From: Veleropilina oligotropha
Lineage: Eukaryota
Assembly (NCBI GenBank): GCA_048128005.1
Contig: JBEUKZ010000062.1
Coordinates: 62,001-126,000 of the forward strand
Length of the DNA stretch: 64,000 nucleotides
Direction of reading: 5' to 3'
The position numbers and the translations under genes were made by a program. The notes under the pieces were generated by a model that saw nothing but the letters and a program-made list of their open reading frames with translations, was not told the DNA's origin and did no database searches. Shown piece after piece: positions 43,615 to 55,109 of the stretch (its first letter is position 1; each line of letters opens with the position of its first letter).

Positions 43615-44887
43615 GCCAAATGAACGCTAGGCCAATGACGATGCCACCCACGATAAGTGCGGTTTTATCCTCGTCATGTTTGGTTGCCCCAGCTGAAACA
43701 GCCCCCACTGGGGCCACAGCCGGCAGAGAGCCACGATGCTTCGGAGTGACCGCATCTGCGGGTAAGACGGCGTCTTGTGGGATGACCAATCCTGTTTCTC
43801 CAGTCTCCCCAGTGGCGTTGAGCGGCACAGGATTGGCCGCGTTGACCGTAGTATTAAGACCTAGGGTCTGGGCTTCCGTGGCAACGACGATTTCGTTGTT
43901 ATACCCAGCCACATGCCCTACCCGAAGGAGCATGTCACTTGGCGCCATGTAAAGGCCGACGCCGAATACGAAGTCTACTTTAGACCTGGCATACTGCAAA
44001 ACGTCCTGGTACCGTTTGATGGCTGCAGGGAGGTCCACTGGCGATGCGATTGCGTCTTCGACGTTTGACAGAAATTGCTTTTGCGCGTCGAATGCGGTAC
44101 CACTCCCCAGAATACTTGTGCGTGTCTGAGCCTGCGCTCCAAGAATCGCCCAGACATAGGTCCTAATGGAATCATTGAGCCTCTCCACGCCGGCCTGGGT
44201 GAATCCCACCGACTTGTCCAGAATAAAAGTAGCCCACGAAGTGCCTGCATCCTGTGCTATATAGTCCACATGTAGGTCCTTCGTTTTGGCGAAGGACATC
44301 CAGCTGGGATCGTAATCCTTTCCGATGGAGTGGTATCCGTTGTTCGTCCAGTAGTTGTAGGCAGTGCCGAGCCCTTTATTGGGACCCTTGACACGCCAGT
44401 CGGTATGGGGAGAGACTCCAAACTCGCTGCAGATCTTCTCATATGCTCTTCGATCATACGGAGTGTCGAATGCGTCCCACGTCCTGTCTTGTGGCAGCGG
44501 CGCCTGAATCTCGGTCAAGATCCTTCTGACCTGATAGTAGACGTGGAAGGTGAATACAGCAGTGGAGAGGGGGGCTGCAGTAGCATTCAAGTGGTCTTCT
44601 GAGGAGATACCGGAACCTGTTGTGGCACACCAAACTGCGAAATTGACTTTGTTCTGCCAGAACCGCATCGGCGTGGTCTGCCAGGCCCTTATCAGCCCGT
44701 CACTAGCGATGTGAGGGAGGCGGTATTTCTGAAAGACGTCGGGGTATGTTGCCCCGAATGTCGTGGTTGAGCCATTACCCACATTGATGCTTGGTCTCGT
44801 AAGCTGCTCATCTTTGATCTTTGCTGGGTACACCACACCGGTCGGATAGGCCGCACTCCTATTGAACACAAATGCGCTCTTAGCCAT
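43607..44887 (-). CDS. Conserved hypothetical protein with C-terminal TM (copy C)
   Basis: Homolog of 1461-2756. Confidence 0.8.
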   Translation of the reverse strand: MAKSAFVFNRSAAYPTGVVYPAKIKDEQLTRPSINVGNGSTTTFGATYPDVFQKYRLPHIASDGLIRAWQTTPMRFWQNKVNFAVWCATTGSGISSEDHLNATAAPLSTAVFTFHVYYQVRRILTEIQAPLPQDRTWDAFDTPYDRRAYEKICSEFGVSPHTDWRVKGPNKGLGTAYNYWTNNGYHSIGKDYDPSWMSFAKTKDLHVDYIAQDAGTSWATFILDKSVGFTQAGVERLNDSIRTYVWAILGAQAQTRTSILGSGTAFDAQKQFLSNVEDAIASPVDLPAAIKRYQDVLQYARSKVDFVFGVGLYMAPSDMLLRVGHVAGYNNEIVVATEAQTLGLNTTVNAANPVPLNATGETGETGLVIPQDAVLPADAVTPKHRGSLPAVAPVGAVSAGATKHDEDKTALIVGGIVIGLAFIWLT

Positions 44888-44894
44888 AGCTACT

Positions 44895-45635
44895 ATGTTC
44901 CACACATTAACAAACGTTCAAGAGGGGACCGCGGTTGCCCTCCTGGAGCCGATTGATAACCGGGACGGCAAGCTATGTGTCAGCTTGCAGTCGCTCGACT
45001 ATTGGGTAGGCTGGCACAACGTGCATGCCGGAGCCTTCTTTAAGACCCCGGATACCACGGTCGACGTGGCACCAGGTTTCTACAGCTTCGCTGACCTCGC
45101 CAAGACGATGAAGAGGTCGCTAAAGAATATACAGCTAGACGTAAGCCATGCTACAGGGCTCGCCCGAATCGTGGTCCCAGAGGGGACTCGACTCGCGATA
45201 AGCGATGATATACGAAAACTCCTCGGCTTAGACCTCTCTTCGTTTATTCTCGATAAAGCAGGGAATCTGAACCCACCGGTTCGGGGAGTACAGGGCCAAC
45301 CACCTCCCCCTCCGGAGAGATCCGAGTGGCTACGCCCTGGGACTTATGACGGGAATAAGCCTGTCGGGTTTGCCATAGCGCCAACCCTGCACGTCCACCT
45401 GGAGCAGCTTAGTACAACGCACAATGTGAAGGACGGCGCCCCGAGCACTATTCTCGCGGTGGTCCCTATCACGTCGCAGATGTTCGGTGAAGCTGGCCAC
45501 TATCATAGCTATCCCGCCGGCCGGCGACTACAGGCCGGGCTAATCACAGAGTTGAAGGTGTACGTCACAGACGCAGACAGTAACCCGCTAGACAATCACG
45601 GCATGCCCATTACCGCAGTCCTTGCGATACAATGA
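44895..45635 (+). CDS. Putative penton/minor capsid protein (copy C)
   Basis: Homolog of 2764-3504. Confidence 0.65.
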   Translation: MFHTLTNVQEGTAVALLEPIDNRDGKLCVSLQSLDYWVGWHNVHAGAFFKTPDTTVDVAPGFYSFADLAKTMKRSLKNIQLDVSHATGLARIVVPEGTRLAISDDIRKLLGLDLSSFILDKAGNLNPPVRGVQGQPPPPPERSEWLRPGTYDGNKPVGFAIAPTLHVHLEQLSTTHNVKDGAPSTILAVVPITSQMFGEAGHYHSYPAGRRLQAGLITELKVYVTDADSNPLDNHGMPITAVLAIQ

Positions 45636-45982
45636 GCAGCATCTACGGGACCCTGCTTGCAGATGAGCCCTCTTCAGCGACCCAGTGGCACTTCGTTCTT
45701 AGTTGTGGGGAAGCGCCCAACAAGGGCCTGGCGAGGAGGGAGTTCATGATTCCAAACACTGGAGGTCGGTTTGGGTTGAATCCAGTCCTCCTAATGATCC
45801 ACCTGACGCCGGTCCAGCCGGCCGGGGGGGCTCCCAAAGTGTGTTCCATAAATAAAATGGGCCTGGACTCGGACAAGTTGACCCTAGCCTTCACCGTCAA
45901 GGCCCCGTGGCTAGGCACCCTGTATTTGAACGTTACGGTAGACATTCGAAATCAACAGGCGGAACAATACAGCCACGTATGA
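45632..45982 (+). CDS. Small hypothetical protein (copy C)
   Basis: Homolog of 3501-3851. Confidence 0.7.
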   Translation: MSSIYGTLLADEPSSATQWHFVLSCGEAPNKGLARREFMIPNTGGRFGLNPVLLMIHLTPVQPAGGAPKVCSINKMGLDSDKLTLAFTVKAPWLGTLYLNVTVDIRNQQAEQYSHV

Positions 45983-46614
45983 TGGACAACAAACCCTCAG
46001 CGCCAACACTGTACCCACAACTTAATGGCGATGTGCTTTCGGAAGTTCCGGAGGCACAGTCTTTCCGACTACAGAAAGTGAATGAGCTCCAGGGACAGCT
46101 AGAACGAGAAAGGGACACACGGGCTGCACTGTATAAAAAATACCGCCGAGGCGTTAATGTCGTTGACGGGATCGACTCGGCCCTGGTCGTGGCGACCCTT
46201 GGTATGGGTAGCGCTGGAATTGGTCTACTTTCCACAATCGTTGCCGCGCCCGTGGTCCTAGTGCTGGAATTAGCGGCATTGGGGTGTGGGCTCGCTAGCA
46301 TGGGTGGAAAATACATTTCCCGCCGCCTCCAAGTGAAGGCCAAGAAGCACAACGAAATTCGAGCACTGGCCGAGAGCAAACTTAATACAATTTCTGACCA
46401 CGTCTCAAAGGCCCTAGCGGATGGGGAGATGTCTGATGAGGAATTTCAACTCGTCACGGGGGAGATGGAAAAATATCGGACAATGAAGGCCACGGTTCGC
46501 CTCAAGAGTCTAAAGGCGCACACCGCGGTTTCACAGACCCAGAGCGAGCTCATTGAGCGTGGTCGCAAAGAGGGACGCGCAGAGCTACTTAAAAAAATCG
46601 GGGCTGGCGACTAA
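45979..46614 (+). CDS. Hydrophobic-hairpin helical protein (copy C)
   Basis: Homolog of 3848-4483. Confidence 0.75.
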   Translation: MMDNKPSAPTLYPQLNGDVLSEVPEAQSFRLQKVNELQGQLERERDTRAALYKKYRRGVNVVDGIDSALVVATLGMGSAGIGLLSTIVAAPVVLVLELAALGCGLASMGGKYISRRLQVKAKKHNEIRALAESKLNTISDHVSKALADGEMSDEEFQLVTGEMEKYRTMKATVRLKSLKAHTAVSQTQSELIERGRKEGRAELLKKIGAGD

Positions 46615-46697
46615 CCATCCAGGTTGAGCGTGGGGTGGGTGGGGACCCCCCTCCCCCGTATTGAAGCTTGAACTGGACAGTGATAGCTGGACAAGCC

Positions 46698-47132
46698 ATG
46701 AAATCCATGAAATCTATGCTACTGTGTATTGCCGCGGTGTGCTGGCTAGGGGGTGTCTCACAGGCGTCAAGACACGACACTGCATTAATTCTCGAACATA
46801 CGTGGGCCAGGTATCGGACTCACCCCCGGTACAATATACGGCACGACCCATTGCGTAGAAACTTGCTTCTTCGCCCGGGAGACCCCACCCCTGAGGTATC
46901 CCCACCCTCGTGCCACTACTTTATTATCGGAGAGAATGAGTGTGGGGTGGGGGCTCCCCCCGACCCAAATACTGTGGTCTGCATCGAGTGCGCTGAGCCG
47001 TCCTTATGCCGTGGTAAATGCGGGCATTACTTCTCCATGTTATCTACCGGCTGCGGGGGTTCGTGGAGTCAGATAGGACAGCATTCGCCATGCAACTGTA
47101 CGCTCGCCAGCGGGAATTACATATTTATCTAA
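46698..47132 (+). CDS. Cys-rich putative secreted protein (copy C)
   Basis: Homolog of 4569-5000. Confidence 0.75.
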   Translation: MKSMKSMLLCIAAVCWLGGVSQASRHDTALILEHTWARYRTHPRYNIRHDPLRRNLLLRPGDPTPEVSPPSCHYFIIGENECGVGAPPDPNTVVCIECAEPSLCRGKCGHYFSMLSTGCGGSWSQIGQHSPCNCTLASGNYIFI

Positions 47133-47176
47133 ACAGCCGGCATGTTAGACGTTGTGTAGTTATACTTGAAAGCAAC

Positions 47177-47365
47177 ATGCCGCAGGAAGACATTCCTACG
47201 CTGTACGGCGAACGGAGCTTCAGGCGCGTTAAAAACCTCTTAAACCGGGGCTATAACGTTTTGATCGTTGTACTCGACAATGGTGAACAAGCGATATATA
47301 AGAAGAAGACCAAAGATGGTAGAAAGGGAGTTGTACGAAATCAAACGCCGGCGGGCCCTCAGTGA
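47177..47365 (+). CDS. Short basic protein MPQEDIP... (copy C)
   Basis: 62 aa; shares upstream context and N-terminus with 31835-31948. Confidence 0.4.
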   Translation: MPQEDIPTLYGERSFRRVKNLLNRGYNVLIVVLDNGEQAIYKKKTKDGRKGVVRNQTPAGPQ

Positions 47366-47626
47366 TGTCCTGTAGCCTTCGCCGGGCTGCTATTTTGCCA
47401 TTCTAAAAAGTCCAATCACCCCCCCTGCTACTGCTCGCATAACTGAGGAGCCCGGGCCGGCGAGGGTAGTGGGCCGTCCCTGGGGGCTCTATATAGTCTA
47501 CGTTGGGTCGGAAAAGGTGCATTCATCCCTACTCTAAGCTACCCTAGGCTCGGAACGGGTGCTGGGAGCCTTATTTTCCCATTCTAAAAAGTCTACTGAC
47601 CCCCCCCTGCTGCTAGTCCCACCCCT

Positions 47627-47822
47627 GCTGTGTACACACGGTGACTTTTTGTAATACACGCTATACCCTGGGGTCTGGAATAGGGCTGGGAGCCTCCACA
47701 GCGGGCCCCGGGCCCCTAGTCTAAACTACCTTAGGGGCTCGTACTACACTACCTCGGTTCTGAAATAGTGCTGGGAGCCTTATTTTTCCATTCTAAAAAG
47801 TCTACTGACCCCCCCTGCTGCT
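47627..47822 (-). repeat. Right TIR of copy B (196 bp)
   Basis: Reverse complement of 16116-16311. Confidence 0.95.
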
Positions 47823-48390
47823 TCTTCGCACGATGGGGATAGAAGAATTGTTCAGTGATAACGGAACACAATTCACGGCGGCAGAATTACAACAATTCCT
47901 GAACGAGTATGCCATCAAGCATACCACTAGCAGCCCAACGTACCCGCAGGCGAACGGCGAAGCTGAAATCGCGGTGAAGAGAGCCAAATCGATGCTGAAG
48001 CAAGAAGACCCATTCGAAGCACTGATGTCTTACCGATCAACTCCTTCGACAGCTACAGGAATCAGTCCAGCCGAGCTCATCATGGAAAGGAAGATGAGAA
48101 CAAAGGTGCCAACACTGACACAAAACCTGAAACCGAAGTGGATCAAATTCGAAGATCTTAAAGAATTCGATCACAAGAAGAAAGGAAGATATCGATTCTT
48201 CTTCAACATAAGAAACTCAGCCAGGCCATTGCCAGAATTGAGAACCGGAGACCACGTCAGAATACGAAAAGGAAAAGGATGGTCATCACCTGCCATCATC
48301 CAAAGCCGAACTGAAGAACCACGATCGTACTGGGTAAAGACAAAGACGATCGTCCTACGCCGGAATCGTCGACATATAATGAGAATTGCA
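47823..48390 (+). pseudogene. Gypsy integrase, 3' part; element truncated, no 3' LTR seen
   Basis: FSDNGTQF, SPTYPQANGEAE, PRSYWV, RRNRRHI; continues the frame broken at 16115. Confidence 0.9.
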
Positions 48391-48689
48391 GTCCCGTCTA
48401 AAGCCAGTATATTACTGGCATTCAAATATTTGGATCATAATCGGATATTATTGTTAGGTGGTAGTCGCTTAACACTGACATTCAAATTTAGCATTATTAT
48501 CTTGAATAAATACTATTTGGGTGGTTGCTGACAAGGATCAAGCCATCGCAAATTTTGCTGTTATTTGTCACACCATAAACAGGGCTTACTTGGGAAACAT
48601 TTGACACATAATGAATAAAAGCTTCACTCACAGTCATCCCCATTTTAAAGGTTGCTATCATTTGCAATTTCATACTCATGGATAATTTT

Positions 48690-49020
48690 GAGAGTGATTG
48701 TAGACTTGGCGCACTTTACTTGACTAAAAACCACTTACACACATCGCCACCCCACCCAATTTACCACGTTGCTGTGAGGTCATACCACGTACAAAATTTT
48801 TGTCGTTGGATATATTTCTTACTTGGTGGGGCTCATGCATAATGTTGAGGGTGCTTGTACATTTGGCGCACTTTACTTGAATAAAAACCACTTCCACACA
48901 TCTCCACCCCACCCACTTTAAAGGTTGCTGGTATACGAGGTATAAAATTTATGTCGTTGTTGGTTGAACCAATGGATAGTTTTGAAGGTGTTTGCAGGCT
49001 TGGCGCTCTTTAGTTGTAAT
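48690..49020. repeat. Degenerate tandem repeat (~157 bp, 2-3 copies)
   Basis: TTGGCGCACTTTACTTGA..AAAAACCACTT at ~48706 and ~48863. Confidence 0.55.
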
Positions 49021-49333
49021 TCACTATCTGTTTTTAATTCCGCACACACAAACACACATATAGTGAACGTATACGTCACTCTCCATATTTCATTCGTATT
49101 TGTTATGAAGTAAGTCTAAAGGAGAAGATGCTTACAAAGTTATTTGGTATGATGATGTCATTAGAGCCGGAGTTGATTTTTATGTGAACGGCGCCAAAAT
49201 GTTTCACCTCTTTGATGGATACAACCAACTCTCAGCATCCCCAAAATGAATTGCTGCCGGATCGGGGGCGTGGAAAGTCGATAAATTAATAATGTGGAAG
49301 ATTTATCTGCGCTTTTTCACACATGCGCTTACA

Positions 49334-49754
49334 TCTTATATATAAATACGCAGTTGCTGTTTCTGTAAGACGGGTTTTCTCCGCCGCCGCGAGAAGGATC
49401 TTTGTAATCTTAGTGTCAAATTAACGAGTGTGCTGAAAGTAAGAAATCAAGACCTTCAGATTAATCTTCCAGAACCAGAGAGCATCCAGCTGGGTTCGCT
49501 GGGTTCAAAAGGACAGTTCCATTCTAACGAACGTTAGGTAACGCAACCTAATGTGGGAAAAATATTCAAGTTGAACGAGTGACATGAATGAAATATTTCA
49601 CCGTGCGGAACACGGGTTAAAGCCAGAACCAGGGGAAGAGGCTGTCGCATATTTACTATGAGCCATGATCGAACGTCGCGCAAGCCATTATGGGTAGGAA
49701 TCAACACGAACGGAAGCAAGTAATTCACCGGGCGGAGCACGGGTTAAAATCTAG
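49334..49754 (+). mobile_element. Non-autonomous Helitron-like element
   Basis: A|TCTTATATATAAA start; 3' hairpin CCGGGCGGAGCACGG then CTAG|T; no TSD. Confidence 0.7.
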
Positions 49755-51789
49755 TCATTATTATTCGGTGGTTATTGGCCTGTTCATTCGACATTCGTTC
49801 TCAACGTTCTCGGAGAGTATTACGTGCATGTACATGCTTGTTAGGCGCTTGACCAATCATTCTGACAATTCTGTCACTGCCAATCAGGTGCCCAGTTGGA
49901 TCTCAGATCGGCTTGGTGAAACCGAGGTACATATATGCTTAATTCCTTGCCCAAGGGAATTCGTTGCAGGTTCAAACGTTTAGAGTTAAATGTCATCACA
50001 TCTAAAACTTCATAAATTTCATCTACGGTAGATTGCATATGGAATAACGACATAATGTCCGTTTTGGTGATCTCCGGAGCATAATTGTTCATGATATTCT
50101 TAATATCAGTGTTTATTTATCGTTCAAATGTGACGGGTCCTTTTCATGTGGATGAGAGGCCAGTGCATCTACCACTGATCCACGGCGGAATATGCGAAGT
50201 TCTGTTTTGATCTCGGTTATGTTGATATCATTGACTTTACGGTAACGAATTTCTGTCGATTCAGGTGCTGATCTCTCAAATTTTCAGGTCAAAAGGGAAA
50301 AGAAAATGATCCGATATCTGGCAAGCTACTGTTTTTGTACTTTTGGTTTCTAGTGGAATCATCACACTGACGAATAAGTCATTACTTCTCCTTGTTGGAT
50401 TTTTAACAATTTGTGTGAGTCAGCATGAAGCTAGTTGAATTTAACCACATCTGGGTGGTCAACTATATCCAAGCTTAAATTAGCATCACAAGCCATTAAA
50501 TGAAACTCGGCCGAGGCTGAGGCATTTACTAGACATTTGTCTTATCTCGGCTTACCCAGTCGGTCTGAAAGGATACCAGATGGGCTTATATAAGCAACTG
50601 CGCTATCCGCGTGTAACAACTGTAATGATATCGGATGGAGTTGAGATGGACAATCATGCAATCATAAGGGGTGAGGTTTGATGCCCCTGTATATGGTGAT
50701 GAATTAGATGACAGAAAATGGATTTACGTCGGATCCAAAACTTTACACAAGCGGGTGGTCTGTATACAATTAGGAAACTTGATAAATTGTGGGCGTAAAA
50801 ATATCTATAGCGCGTTTAAACTGTCAGAATGCAGGAGAGGGGGCTTCACACCATATTTGTAAATATTTTCTGGGGGGCCATGTGGTCGGGACCCCTTTTA
50901 GAAATCAAACTTTCATGTGTTTGATTGTGAATATTACTAACGGATTTTAGGGAAAATAGTTCATAAATGTTGATAAGAATGCAGGAGACGGGGTTTCACT
51001 CCGTTAATAGGCAAATTTTCCAGGCGAAGGGGCAGGTGATACAGACCTTCTTTGGAAATAAGAAATGCATGCGTTTGATTGTGGTAAAAACGAAAAATGT
51101 CCTCATACATATGAGCGAAGGTGGTTCATAAATGTATGTAAGGAATATCGTGTTTGCATTGCAATAATGCAGGAAAGGGGGTTCACACCGTGAAATGTCA
51201 AAATTTTCTTCGACCAAGTGGTCTGGACCCCTAACTTTTAATATCAGAAATGTATTTGGTTGATTTTGAAAAAACGAAAGATTGTCTCACAGTACAATTG
51301 TCATGTAGTTGGAAGTATTAAATTCAGCATTAGCTCTTCATTCTGCTTCCTACGCCTCCAGTCATCGCTACAACTAAACTTTTGTTGTAGTTTGAAGTAA
51401 TACATTCTGCAATACGTTTTCATTTTGCTTATTATGTCTTCGGTCATCGCTTACACAGGAGTTGCCCAAGCGTTTAGGTTGTCTGCTTTTGGCGCCTTGG
51501 CGATAGGTAATGCTCGAGTAATGTGATAATGCATGTTTTGGCAAAATATATCCAAAGTGGCATTTAACGATCACAGATAACAATTGATAGTTCAGAGATC
51601 AAACATATTGGGAAATCCAACACCTCATATTTTTGGCTTCCATTCCTTTTCAAAGAAAGTGCATAACTTATGCAATTCCCTTCTCCGTGTTATCGAGTTA
51701 TTGAGTAGTGTAGCATTAATGTTGACGGTTCCCAACTCTTTTGTGACAGTTCCCAACTCTTTTGTGCTTCTGTGAGGTCTTTTCCTGCC

Positions 51790-52290
51790 GTTATGTGGTG
51801 ATCCGTCTGTCTTGGCAGACCTCAGGAATGACATTTGTGAGCTTTGTGAATACAGTGTGTTGATCCGTCTGTCTGGGCAGATCCTAGGTATGACCTGTGT
51901 GAGCTTTGTGTACCACAGTGTGGTGATCCGTCTGTCTGGGCAGACCATGGATATGACCTGGGTGAGCTTTGTGTACTACAGTGTGGTATTCCGTCTGTCT
52001 GTGCAGACCCTAGGTATGACCTGGGTGAGCTTTGTGTACCACAGTATGGTGATCCGTCTGTCTGGGCAGACCCTAGAAATGACCTGGGTAGCTTTGTGTA
52101 CCACATTATGGTGATCCGTCTGTCTGGACAGACCCTAGGAATAACCTGGGTGAAATTTGTGTACCACAGTGTGGTGATCCGTCTGTCTCGGCAGACCCTA
52201 GAAATGACCTGGGTAGTTTTGTGTACCACAGTGTGGTGATCCGTCTGTCTCGGCAGACCGTGGGAATGATCTGGGTGAGATTTGTGTAAA
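51790..52290. repeat. Minisatellite, ~62-63 bp unit, ~8 copies
   Basis: GTGGTGATCCGTCTGTCTGGGCAGACCCTAGGTATGACCTGGGTGAGCTTTGTGTACCACAGT. Confidence 0.9.
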
Positions 52291-52457
52291 CCACCTTTTG
52301 TAGGGTATCCCAGTTTGGTTTAGATTGATGGCTAATTTCCCTCAACCAATCATATACCCCTACGACATAATCACGCTATTTCCTAAATCCGAAATGGCAA
52401 CTCCACTTGGTTATGAATATATGTAAATTGCAATATTAAATATTTTGTAACTGTTTT

Positions 52458-53270
52458 GTTATACCCCGAAACGAAGTAAGGGAAGTATATTGGAATCAAC
52501 ATGTCTGTCCGCCCGGAATATTCCTCCTAACCTGCTGATCAGAATTCATCGACACTAAGTCTTGGTATATATGTTCACTATATCATGTAGTTGTTACCGG
52601 AGACAAATATTCCCGGAATAACATTTGACCTTGTCGTAGCGATCTTTAGACTGCTATTAACTTGTCCGGACTACTCCCAACCTGCTCGGCAGATTTCATC
52701 GACACATGACATACATGAACACTACATGAAGTAGTTGTGCCGTTATGACCTTTGACCTGCCATAGTGACCTCTGGACTTCTAAACATTGTCTGTTGTTAA
52801 CTTGCCCGGACTACTCCTCTCAACCTGCTGGGAATATTTCATCGACACTGGGCATACATGATCACTACATTAAGTAGTTGTGCAGCGGAGACAAAATTTC
52901 ACGGTATGACATTTTACCTTGACATTGTGACCTCTGGACTTCAAAACATTGTCTGTTATTAACTTGTCCGGACTACTCGTCCCAACCTGCTGGGAATTAA
53001 TATTTCATCGACACTTGGCATACATGATTACTACATCACGTAGTAGTGCAACGGCTACAAATTTTCCCGGTATGACCTTTGATCTTGCCGTATTGACCTC
53101 TAGACTTCTATAGATTGTCCAATATTGACTTGACCGTACTATTCCTCTCAACCTGCTGAACAGATTTTCTCAACACTTGGCATACATGATCAGTACATCA
53201 TGTAGTTGTGCACCTGCAGCGATTTTTTCCAGAATGACATTTGACCTTTCAATTATGACCTGTCATATTT
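52458..53270. mobile_element. Helentron-associated (HINE/DINE-like) element with internal ~150-165 bp tandem repeats
   Basis: TTATACCCCGAAACGAAGTAAGGGAAGTATATTGGAATC then TGTCTGTCC; recurring AACCTGCT...TTCATCGACAC...GACCTTTGACC units. Confidence 0.55.
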
Positions 53271-53308
53271 CGGTTATGACTTGTAGCCATAATATTTTCG
53301 TTTTTCAG

Positions 53309-53608
53309 CTCCAAGTGCCCCGTCAGCGATCGCTGCCTTAAACAACAGTGGCTTTATCACACTTTCAATCACGAAGGGAACAGGCAACGTCGATGCGTAT
53401 GATGTTCAGCTGCAGGAGAATAGCGATGGCGGTGGTTGGAATACAATAAATAATGAGGATGTAAATGCAAATAATCCATCTGCCACCACGGATCATGAAT
53501 TCGGTACGGCGTTAACTGCAGGCAGCAGTTATCAAGTAATTGTGAAGGCAGTCTCGTTTGCTGGCGCTGAAAGCGCACAAGTAGTGAGCAGTCCACAAGT
53601 CAATATAC
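53309..53608 (+). CDS. Host exon encoding an FN3-like domain (absent from the ORF track)
   Basis: tttttcag| ... |gtacgt, 300 bp, phase 1-1, open: PSAPSAIAALNNSG...VDAYDVQLQE...W...LTAGSSYQVIVKAVSFAGAES...PQVNI. Confidence 0.8.
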
Positions 53609-54806
53609 GTACGTAATATTTGACAAATTGCTATGCTATTAATTATTTGATAATCTTATTCTAGTATAATACACAATTTATTCCTCAATGGTTATATGGA
53701 TTATACACAGCATTTAGCAAGAGCGAAGCAGAGCTTTATAATCCTAAACCACATAATATGTACAAATAAGAGCCTCACACAGTGGGACGTACTTCCCATT
53801 TAATATGCTGTATCAGAACAAACTATGTTTCGCCTGTTCCCCTAATAAAATCGGAACATCGTGTTCAGGATACGCCCTGCTCTCCACTAACTCAGCTCAA
53901 GTTCGAATTATCCATCACATTTTCATCTCTCCTAGGGATAGATTGGTCCAAGTGTGCATAATTTCCCACTTGGCAGTTTGCAAGTAAAGCCATTAACCCA
54001 GATCTGTCATTACCAGAGATCGGACCGATGCGTCGCATTAGGCGCCGTTTAGACACCAAATATGTCGTTACCTTGTTTCTGGCATTCGTAGATTAGTTTA
54101 ATTAATTGCATAGAGATATGCTGCTTCGGTGTTATTCCGTGCATTTTTCGACAGTTACTTTATGACAATATGTAATTAAATACTTCTAACCTATACGGTA
54201 TTCCAACTTAGAAATCAAAACAATATTATTAAAACTCAAACTTCTTTTGCATTCCAACAAATCAACCCTTTAGACGTCATATTGTAACAATGGGATTGAC
54301 TTTAATGTCAATAAGAAAATAACTTGGGGTACCACCTGAGAAGCGTTAGAGGAAGAAGGAAAGCAGTACCCTCTTACCTATCAGAGACTTACATGGAAGA
54401 CCTTTCCCATCCGAGTGGTATCTAGAGAGCCCTTTTGGCCCAATCAGCAGCCATATTGCACCACCAACACTTTATTATGTACATACTGAAAAAACACGTT
54501 AAAAATAGCAAATTGAAACTATTTTTGTTAAATAAAAAGTTGTAATTTTTCAAGATGTCCGCCCTGATGTCCTACCGGAAGTTGTCCTGATAGTGACATC
54601 CTTACTTCTCGTGTTTCCAATGCAGGAACAAAGGGCCAATGTAAAACAATAGATTGAGGTGTAATCACATATTATTTTTTATTATTATAGCAGAAATATC
54701 CAAATTGGAGACTCGTGCACAATCATACATTCCATGTAAATGGATACTTAACATTTTAACTGATATGCTTTAATACTGTAATATCTTTGTCTGTTTTTTG
54801 TTTCAG

Positions 54807-55109
54807 CGCCAAGTGCCCCGTCAGCGACCACTTCGATGTACACTGACAAAGTGGCAATAACATACGCAAAGGGGGTCGGAAACGTTGACAAGTATTACCA
54901 TGAACTGCAGGAGAACGCTGGTAGCGGGTGGAATGTAAGATCCGGTCAAATAACGCCGGCATTTCATCCAATATTTTCAATTCCATTGACAAACTTGATA
55001 TTCAATGCAATTCCAACTCCAGGCAACAGTTATCGAGTGATCGTCAAAGCTATATCCTTTGCTGGTCTTGAAAGCGCAGCAACCGTGAGCAGTCCACAAG
55101 TACATATCG
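54807..55109 (+). CDS. Host exon encoding an FN3-like domain
   Basis: tttcag| ... |gtaagg, 303 bp, phase 1-1; PSAPS...VDKYYHELQE...PGNSYRVIVKAISFAGLES. Confidence 0.8.

Larger units (their letters stand above)
31952..47614. mobile_element. Polinton/Maverick-like endogenous virus, copy C (15,663 bp, apparently intact, nested in B)
   Basis: AGCAGCAG...CTGCTGCT termini; AGTCC duplicated at 31947-31951 and 47615-47619; TIRs 31952-32012 and 47553-47614; full gene set open. Confidence 0.95.
16116..47822. mobile_element. Polinton/Maverick-like endogenous virus, copy B (16,039 bp once nested copy C and one TSD are removed)
   Basis: AGCAGCAG...CTGCTGCT termini; TCTTC duplicated at 16111-16115 and 47823-47827; removal restores Gypsy integrase MKSIFARWGIEELFSDNG. 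Confidence 0.95.

Noticed and set aside
17500..47140. One giant element with ~14-kb inverted arms, or an assembly fold-back artefact
   Set aside because: The arms differ substantially in sequence, and each element has its own TIR pair and TSD, which shows two nested insertions.
48390..49330. 3' LTR of the Gypsy element
   Set aside because: No sequence matching 12500-12948 was found, so the element appears 3'-truncated.
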